From positions 64,001 to 128,000 of the forward strand of contig CAWEQH010000010.1 of the NCBI GenBank assembly GCA_963811165.1: a DNA stretch of 64,000 nt, given 5' to 3'. The stretch is from an uncultured Nitrospiraceae bacterium. Lineage in GTDB: Bacteria > Nitrospirota > Thermodesulfovibrionia > Thermodesulfovibrionales > UBA6898. Below the pieces are notes generated by a model, which worked only from the letters and a program-made list of their open reading frames with translations, did not search any database and had not been told where the DNA came from. Below, piece by piece: positions 57,682 through 64,000 of this stretch. The position numbers were made by a program, and so were the translations under genes. How positions within the stretch are numbered: position 1 is the first letter of the stretch; each line of letters starts with the position of its first letter.

Positions 57682-58662
57682 CTACCATTTGATCAATGAT
57701 GATGCCCAGGTAAGCCCGCCCCCGAAGGCCTCCAGAAGAATATAATCCCCGTCCTGCACCCTCCCGGTTTGTACCGCCTCATCAAGGGCGATAGGGACCG
57801 AGGCTGCAGAGGTATTCCCGACCTTATCGATGTTCACGAACACCTTTTCCATAGGCATATTGAGGCGCTTTGCGGTGGCCTGAATGATCCTGATATTGGC
57901 CTGATGGGGAATAAGAAGCGAAAGCTGGGATGGCTCCAGTTTGTTGTCTTCGAGGGTCTTGACCACAAGTTCTTCAAGTGTCCTTACGGCGACTTTGAAT
58001 GTCTCGTTCCCTTTCATCTTTATAAAGTTGAGCCTTTTGAGGATGCTGTCTTTGGAACAGGGGTTTCTGGAGCCGCCGCCGGGGAGGCATATCAGGTCCG
58101 AGAGGCCCCCGTCGGAATTGATACGGGTCGATAATATCCCTCTTTTTTCTTTGGTCGCTTCGATGACCGCGGCCCCTGCGCCGTCGCCGAAGAGGATGCA
58201 GGTCGTACGGTCCTGCCAGTCCGTGACCTTAGACAAGACTTCCGCGCCTACAAGGAGAATGCGCTGATTGGTCCCGGACCGGATAAGGCTGTTGGCGATG
58301 TGGAGGCCGTAGAGGAACCCTGAACATGCGGCGTTGACGTCAAAGGCCGCTGCGTTTTTTGCCCCAAGCCTGTCCTGCAAAATACAGGCAGTAGAGGGAA
58401 AAGGCATATCCGGTGTTATCGTGGCCACGATGATAAGGTCGATGTCCTTTGATTTGAGATGGGCCCTCTTAAGGGCGATCGAAGCGGCCTCAAAAGCAAG
58501 GTCTGAAGTCGCCTGATTGCCGTCGACGATCCTACGCTCCTTTATCCCCGTCCTTTCGGTTATCCAGTCGTCTGAGGTCTCGACTATCTTTTCGAGGTCC
58601 TGGTTGGTAATTACGTTTTCCGGAACGTACGAGCCGGTGGCGATGATCCTTCCCCTGAGCAC
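57682..58662 (-). CDS. fabH: 3-oxoacyl-ACP synthase III
   Basis: AACSGF, FGDGAGA, PHQANIRII, GNTSAAS. Confidence 0.96.
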   Translation of the reverse strand: MLRGRIIATGSYVPENVITNQDLEKIVETSDDWITERTGIKERRIVDGNQATSDLAFEAASIALKRAHLKSKDIDLIIVATITPDMPFPSTACILQDRLGAKNAAAFDVNAACSGFLYGLHIANSLIRSGTNQRILLVGAEVLSKVTDWQDRTTCILFGDGAGAAVIEATKEKRGILSTRINSDGGLSDLICLPGGGSRNPCSKDSILKRLNFIKMKGNETFKVAVRTLEELVVKTLEDNKLEPSQLSLLIPHQANIRIIQATAKRLNMPMEKVFVNIDKVGNTSAASVPIALDEAVQTGRVQDGDYILLEAFGGGLTWASSLIKW

Positions 58663-58667
58663 TGTGT

Positions 58668-59678
58668 TTATGCGCCCCTGCCTACGAGTTCGTCTTCTAT
58701 GGCCGTAGAAATAGCCTCAAAGACCCTCTTGCTGGCATAATCGGATGCGACCTTAAGGGCGTTCTTGATCGCCTTGGCACTGGATCTTCCGTGGCTGATG
58801 ATGCACGCTCCGTTGATGCCCAGCAGCGGGGCGCCGCCGTATTCGTCGTAGTCGGTCTTCCTTTTAAAATTCCTTATCGCAGGCTTCATCATCAGATACC
58901 CGATCCTCCCTGTGGAGACTGCCGTAATCTCCCTTTTCAACATCTTCAGTATGGTCTCCGCAAGCCCTTCACTTATTTTCAGTGCGATATTGCCGATGAA
59001 GCCGTCACATACGATTACATCGGCCTTTCCGGTGAACATATCTTTCCCCTCGATATTGCCGATGAAGTTCAGACGCGTGTGTTTTAGGAGTTTAAAGGCC
59101 TCCTTAGTGAGTTCGTTGCCCTTGGTGTCTTCCTCGCCGATACTCAACAGGGCCACCTTGGGAATTGACTTTCCCAGCAGGAGCTTGCAATAAGTATTGC
59201 CCATCAAGGCAAACTGGAGCAGGTGCTCGGGCTTGCAGTCGACATTTGCGCCCGCGTCAAGGAGAATAAAGGTGTCTTTCAAGGTGGGCATGACCGTCGC
59301 TATCGCAGGCCTGACCACCCCCTTCGAGGTGCCGAGCAATAAAAGGGAAGTGGCCATCACGACCCCCGAATGTCCGGCGCTCACAAAGGCATCGGCCCCT
59401 CCGGCCTTCACGAGGTCTATGCCGATCCTGATCGAAGAATCTTTTTTTTTCCTGATTGCAGTGGTGGGCGGGTCCTGCATCTCGATCACCTCTGAGGCGT
59501 GCGCAATCGAGATGCGTCGTGCGTCATACCGTTTGTTCCGGAGCTCCTGCCTTATGAGGGGTTCCTTGCCGACAAGGACAATATCGATGTCGTCGCGCTC
59601 ATTAACGGTTTCGACCGCCCCTTCCACATTCACGGACGGGGCGTGGTCTCCACCCATGGCGTCAAGAACGACTCTCAT
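58668..59678 (-). CDS. plsX: Phosphate acyltransferase PlsX
   Basis: DAMGGDHAP, LDAGAN, CDGFIGN, GGAPLLG. Confidence 0.96.
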   Translation of the reverse strand: MRVVLDAMGGDHAPSVNVEGAVETVNERDDIDIVLVGKEPLIRQELRNKRYDARRISIAHASEVIEMQDPPTTAIRKKKDSSIRIGIDLVKAGGADAFVSAGHSGVVMATSLLLLGTSKGVVRPAIATVMPTLKDTFILLDAGANVDCKPEHLLQFALMGNTYCKLLLGKSIPKVALLSIGEEDTKGNELTKEAFKLLKHTRLNFIGNIEGKDMFTGKADVIVCDGFIGNIALKISEGLAETILKMLKREITAVSTGRIGYLMMKPAIRNFKRKTDYDEYGGAPLLGINGACIISHGRSSAKAIKNALKVASDYASKRVFEAISTAIEDELVGRGA

Positions 59679-59681
59679 CGC

Positions 59682-59864
59682 CTATTTTTCGATTATCTCT
59701 AAAACCTTGTGGCCGTTGTAAGTGCCGCAGCTGCCGCATACCCGGTGGGGCTGCTTTAATTCTTTGCATTCAGGACACTGGTTGAGATTGGGCGTCTGTC
59801 CCTTCCAGTTCGCCCGTCTCTTGTCTCTCCTTGCCCGCGAATGTCTGTGAGTTGGATTAGCCAA
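59682..59864 (-). CDS. rpmF: 50S ribosomal protein L32
   Basis: Basic N-terminus, CPEC..PHRVCGSCG; yceD-rpmF-plsX synteny. Confidence 0.95.
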   Translation of the reverse strand: MANPTHRHSRARRDKRRANWKGQTPNLNQCPECKELKQPHRVCGSCGTYNGHKVLEIIEK

Positions 59865-59876
59865 TTTCCGCTCCTT

Positions 59877-60377
59877 TCATTTTTCGAGAAAATTCTTGAG
59901 AACTTCCAGCCTTGGATCAATTTCTCTCCGGCTGCAATTGCATTGTCCGGTGTTGAGGTCTTTCCCGCATTTCGGACAAATACCCTTGCACTGCTCGCTG
60001 CAGAGAGGCTTCATCTGTGTATTGAGCAGTATCTGCTCTTTCAGCAGTTCCTGCAGGTCGAGTTCCTCGCCTTTGTAAAACTCCATGTCCAGTTCGTCGT
60101 CCTTAAGCGCGTGTCTCTCCCCTGTGACCTCTTCCGCCCGGTGATACACAACGTTGACAGCGATGTCCAGGCGCTGGGTGAAATCCTTAAGGCATCTGCT
60201 GCACTGGAGTTGCATTTCGGCCTTCAGCTTTCCGGTGATGATGAGTTCGCCGTCGACCTTGTTCAATGAAAGCTGTGAAATTACCGGGCCGGACAGGACA
60301 ACATCCTCTACGTCTACCCGCTCTTCTATATCAACTTCCAAGCCTTCGTCAGGGATATCCGCTATTACTATTTTCAT
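59877..60377 (-). CDS. yceD: YceD/DUF177 protein
   Basis: CSRCL, PLCSEQCKGICPKCG, DPRL; the upstream promoter supports ATG 60377. Confidence 0.9.
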   Translation of the reverse strand: MKIVIADIPDEGLEVDIEERVDVEDVVLSGPVISQLSLNKVDGELIITGKLKAEMQLQCSRCLKDFTQRLDIAVNVVYHRAEEVTGERHALKDDELDMEFYKGEELDLQELLKEQILLNTQMKPLCSEQCKGICPKCGKDLNTGQCNCSRREIDPRLEVLKNFLEK

Positions 60378-60413
60378 TGTAAAAGACCGATAAGTACCGA
60401 AATTGTCCTTAGA

Positions 60414-60443
60414 ATTATAAAGATAATCTGCCTGATATGTCAA
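60414..60443 (-). promoter_or_regulatory. Consensus sigma70 promoter of yceD-rpmF-plsX-fabH
   Basis: TTGACA-18 nt-TATAAT on the minus strand. Confidence 0.75.
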
Positions 60444-60533
60444 GAAAAAGGGGGGGGGAGGGAGGGAAGAGTAGGACCCCTGAAACACCCCTGACCATTT
60501 GATTAGGAGGGGAAGGATTTTTTTAAAGTAACG

Positions 60534-61009
60534 CCCCCTTGCCCCCTCTTAGCCCAAGAGGGGGTAAACTCTTTTCCAAAGTAAGGCCACTTTGCCCTTC
60601 TTAAGACTTCTTCCTCCTTGACGTAAGGGGAGGGTGGGAGGGGTTATCATGTTCTTCTTCTCTGTTTCGGCGTCTTCGGCGACGGCAGCAGGCTTGTGTA
60701 TTTGTGGTAAAGCTCAAAGAGAAAGGCCACCCGCTCGGCGTCTGTAAGGGCGGTTCGCGAACCGCCCCTACCAAAACCGTATGCGGCATCCACGGCCTTA
60801 TCCAGCGCCTGATGCGCCTTGCGCAAATCCGGGGGCATTGCAACTGGATCATACAGATCTGCCAACGATGAATTAGCATGGGCAGCGCGGGCGTCGAGGA
60901 CGCCTTGGGCGGCATGCTCGATGGCAGAAGAAAACCCCCCTTTGTCCCCCCTTGTCAGGGGGGCAGCGCCTGTATTCCTCCCCTGAGAAGGGGAGGAAGG
61001 GAGGGGTTT
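60534..61009. repeat. Cluster of short palindromic repeats (C-rich/G-rich hairpins at ~60534-60564, 60611-60645, 60931-60963, 60975-61009; GTAG-type REP at 60744-60771)
   Basis: Hairpins such as CCCCCCTTGTCAGGGGGG, CCTCCCCTGAGAAGGGGAGG and GTAAGGGCGGTTCGCGAACCGCCCCTAC. Confidence 0.7.
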
Positions 61010-61378
61010 GCTTTCCGTATCTCGAATAACTTCCGGCCAGGGGAAGTTGTTGTAAACGATCTGGTTAGAATATCGATAATCGCTTTTTAGTCTTCCCGCA
61101 ACATACCGCATCCATGCCATGTGCATGGCGGATGAGAGAATGCCGAAATGATATCTGCCAGCGCCGGCAATAATTAAACAAAGGTTGCTGGCCACGATGT
61201 CAGAAGTAAAAAAACCTACAGGTATATATTGGCGGCGCTCCGAAGAAACACTAGGTATGGCTAGAAATTCAGTCGAAGGCTGCGAAACAAAAGCAAAGCA
61301 TGTCTCGGCCCGTGCGCCCTCCCACTCGCGTGAAAAGGCGAGGGCCCGGTCCTTGATTTCATTGAGCGAGAGCGGCAT
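60647..61378 (-). pseudogene. Internally deleted MmeI-like (Type IIL) restriction-modification gene
   Basis: MPLSLNEIKDRALAFSREW N-terminus joined directly to C-terminal motifs VSSERRQYIP, GRLKSDYRYS, YNNFPWP and SLADLYDP..MP..LRKAH..LDKAVD; no methyltransferase motifs. Confidence 0.8.
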
Positions 61379-61504
61379 TTACGGATTATCTTTCCCCATA
61401 AATTTCTCATCAATATTAAAATCTTTCCCTGATATTTGCAACACTCTGGCCGGTCTTTCCTCATCTGTTGCACTTTACCCGGCCGATATTATTTAATAGG
61501 TGGT

Positions 61505-64000
61505 ATGTCAGAACTCTCACCTCTTATGAAACAGTATTTCAGCATCAAGGAAAAGCACGCCGACGCGATCGTGCTTTTCCGCTGCGGAGATTTCTACGAG
61601 ATGTTCGGCGAGGACGCCGAGAAGGCCTCGAAGATACTCCAGATCGCGCTTACGACAAGGGAAAAGTCCAAGGACAACCCGGTGCCTATGTGCGGTGTCC
61701 CCTACTTTGCGGCTGAATCATATATCGCAAAATTGATCAAGGCCGGCCAGAAGGTCGCAATATGTGAGCAGATGGAAGACCCGAAAGAGGCCAAGGGGAT
61801 TGTCGCGCGGGACGTGGTAAGGATAATCACTCCCGGAACTCATGCCCCTGAAAATCCTAAGGAAAATACGTACATTATAAGTGTCTTCCCCTACGGCGAG
61901 AGGCACGGCATCACGGCCGCCGATATCTCCACCGGGGAGTTCATCGTGTATGAGACCGGCGAACACATAGAAGACGAAGTCGGCCGGTTTGAACCGAAGG
62001 AGGTGCTCCTGCCTGTCAGCATAAAAGACAATATTCATTACCAGGAGGCGTTCTCCGGATTTTACCTGACGGGGGTCGAAGACTGGTTTTTCGACTATCC
62101 CGAGGCATACAGGACATTGCTTGGACATTTCAGGGTCTCTTCTTTAGAGGGCTATGGCTGCGAAGGTCTCACTGCTGCGATATCCTCGGCGGGAGCGCTC
62201 ATCAACTACCTCGAAAATACACAAAAAGACCTTATCCGGTTCAAAAAGATCACGACCCTGAAACAAAGCGCAAATATGTTTTTAGATGCCGCCACGCAGA
62301 GGAACCTCGAATTGGTCCATAACTTAAGAGACGGCTCGCGTGAAGGGACGCTCCTTGAAGTGCTGGATGAAACGTTGACCCCCATGGGAGGAAGGTTCCT
62401 CAGGTCCTCCCTGCTTAGGCCGTTGACGGACTCAGGCGAGATCACCGCCAGGCATGGGGCGGTCGAATACCTCGTGGGCGACTTTGAACTTCTTGAAGAA
62501 CTCAGGTCGCTTTTGAGGAAGGTGCAGGACCTAGAGAGGCTCGCCTCAAGGGTGTCGGGCGGCACGGCAAACGCAAGGGACCTGGTAGCGATAAAAAATT
62601 CTCTTATCAGTCTCCCCAAGATCAAGAAAGCACTCTCCCGTTCAAAACAATACTCCCTGAAGGAACTCTCGGGGGAGATCGCAGAGTTCACGCTGCTTAA
62701 AGAGCTCATAGAAAAGAGCATAGTCGACAGTCCGCCTCCCGGCGTCAAAGACGGGGGGATTATCAAAGACCGGTTCAACGGCGAGATAGACTCGCTAAGA
62801 GAGATATCCACAAAAGGCAAGCACTTTATCGCCGAGATGGAGCAGAGGGAAAAAAAGAGGACGGGGATATCTTCCCTGAAGATCGGCTACAACAGGATCT
62901 TCGGATACTTTATCGAAGTCACCAACGCGAACCTTGATTCAGTCCCTGAGGATTATACAAGGAAACAGACACTGGTGGGCAGTGAACGGTTTATTACGGC
63001 CGAACTCAAGGAATATGAAAGTAAGGTACTCGGCTCTGAAGACAGACTCAAGAACATGGAATACGAAGTATTCAAGGGTGTGCTCGAATCCGTCAAAGAG
63101 GAGTCGGAGGGCCTTGTGGCCGCCGCTGGCGCCGTTGCCTCCGTCGATTTCCTCGCGTCCCTCTCAGTAGTCGCGAAGCGGTACAACTACGTGAAGCCGT
63201 CCTTGGCGGACTCGCCGCTCATCGACATCGTCGACGGAAGGCACCCGGTGCTTGAGCGTGTGCTTTCTGATGAGCGGTTCGTTCCCAACAGCACCTACGC
63301 CGATACGGGCGACAGTATGCTCCATATTATTACCGGGCCGAACATGGCAGGGAAGTCTACCTATATGAGGCAGGTGGCCCTGATCGTCCTTATGGCGCAG
63401 ATGGGGAGCTTCGTACCCGCCGCGTCTGCAGTCGTAAGTATCTCCGACAGGATCTTTACCCGGATCGGGGCCTCGGATTTCCTTTCGAAGGGGCAGAGCA
63501 CCTTTATGGTGGAGATGATCGAGGCGGCCAACATCATGAACAATGCCACGTCAAACAGCCTTATCATACTCGATGAGGTCGGAAGGGGCACGAGTACCTT
63601 CGACGGGATAAGCATCGCCTGGGCGATAGCAGAACATATCGTAAACGTCATCAAGGCGCGAACGCTTTTCGCCACCCATTACAACGAGCTTACCGAACTC
63701 GCCCTTGCCCTTGAGGGAGTAAAGAATTACAACGTCTCTGTCAGGGAGTGGGGCGACGAGATCATCTTTCTCAGAAAGATCGAGGAGGGCCCCGGCGACA
63801 AGAGTTACGGGATCCAGGTGGCCAGGCTCGCCGGAATACCTCAGAGCATCATCAAACGCTCGAAAGAGGTCCTCCATAATCTCGAAAATGAGGAACTTAA
63901 CGAGACGGGGAACCCGAAGCTCGCCAGCGGCAAAGGAAAAAAGCGCAGGGAACAGCTCGATCTGTTCTCCTCGGCGAACGAATCTATCGTAAATGAGATC
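61505..64000 (+). CDS. mutS: DNA mismatch repair protein MutS (runs off the window end; not in ORF track)
   Basis: MSELSPLMKQY, GDFYEMF, PMCGVP, TGPNMAGKSTY, STFMVEM, DEVGRGTST, SYGIQVA. Confidence 0.97.
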   Translation, partial: MSELSPLMKQYFSIKEKHADAIVLFRCGDFYEMFGEDAEKASKILQIALTTREKSKDNPVPMCGVPYFAAESYIAKLIKAGQKVAICEQMEDPKEAKGIVARDVVRIITPGTHAPENPKENTYIISVFPYGERHGITAADISTGEFIVYETGEHIEDEVGRFEPKEVLLPVSIKDNIHYQEAFSGFYLTGVEDWFFDYPEAYRTLLGHFRVSSLEGYGCEGLTAAISSAGALINYLENTQKDLIRFKKITTLKQSANMFLDAATQRNLELVHNLRDGSREGTLLEVLDETLTPMGGRFLRSSLLRPLTDSGEITARHGAVEYLVGDFELLEELRSLLRKVQDLERLASRVSGGTANARDLVAIKNSLISLPKIKKALSRSKQYSLKELSGEIAEFTLLKELIEKSIVDSPPPGVKDGGIIKDRFNGEIDSLREISTKGKHFIAEMEQREKKRTGISSLKIGYNRIFGYFIEVTNANLDSVPEDYTRKQTLVGSERFITAELKEYESKVLGSEDRLKNMEYEVFKGVLESVKEESEGLVAAAGAVASVDFLASLSVVAKRYNYVKPSLADSPLIDIVDGRHPVLERVLSDERFVPNSTYADTGDSMLHIITGPNMAGKSTYMRQVALIVLMAQMGSFVPAASAVVSISDRIFTRIGASDFLSKGQSTFMVEMIEAANIMNNATSNSLIILDEVGRGTSTFDGISIAWAIAEHIVNVIKARTLFATHYNELTELALALEGVKNYNVSVREWGDEIIFLRKIEEGPGDKSYGIQVARLAGIPQSIIKRSKEVLHNLENEELNETGNPKLASGKGKKRREQLDLFSSANESIVNEI

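Overview
64 kb of a bacterial chromosome with an anaerobe-type gene set; the lineage is only guessed (Nitrospirota/Desulfobacterota-like). In order, it contains: Ku; a tkt-tal-pgl-rpe operon whose rpe is split by an intact IS1634-family element (6-bp target duplication); a two-gene hypothetical operon behind an 11-bp-periodic box; a flavin reductase, an RRM protein and rpsU; a large hopanoid cluster (hpnM, N, J, K, DMT, shc, hpnA, H, CruF-like, hpnG, I); a ~10 kb oxidative-repair island ending at tRNA-Thr; a short chemotaxis operon; a selenocysteine formate dehydrogenase operon continued by a UxxC DsbA-like selenoprotein and a di-heme peroxidase; a PPDK-like/GAPDH-like pair; hicAB; tRNA-Asn; nfeD/stomatin; yceD-rpmF-plsX-fabH; an MmeI-like remnant invaded by palindromic repeats; and most of mutS, which runs off the window end. 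The most interesting signal is missing from the ORF track: a 101-codon exported ORF (28716-29021) with one in-frame TGA. The TGA is followed by a hairpin matching the fdh SECIS in offset and sequence, and it aligns without gaps to the catalytic Cys of the neighbouring MsrA. The ORF lies in an island with a ~34%-Met exported protein, exported MsrB and MsrA, a YHS protein, a DedA-family protein, a flavin disulfide reductase and a two-component system. Together these suggest a selenium-using periplasmic methionine scavenging and repair system. All calls come from reading the sequence; no database searches were run.
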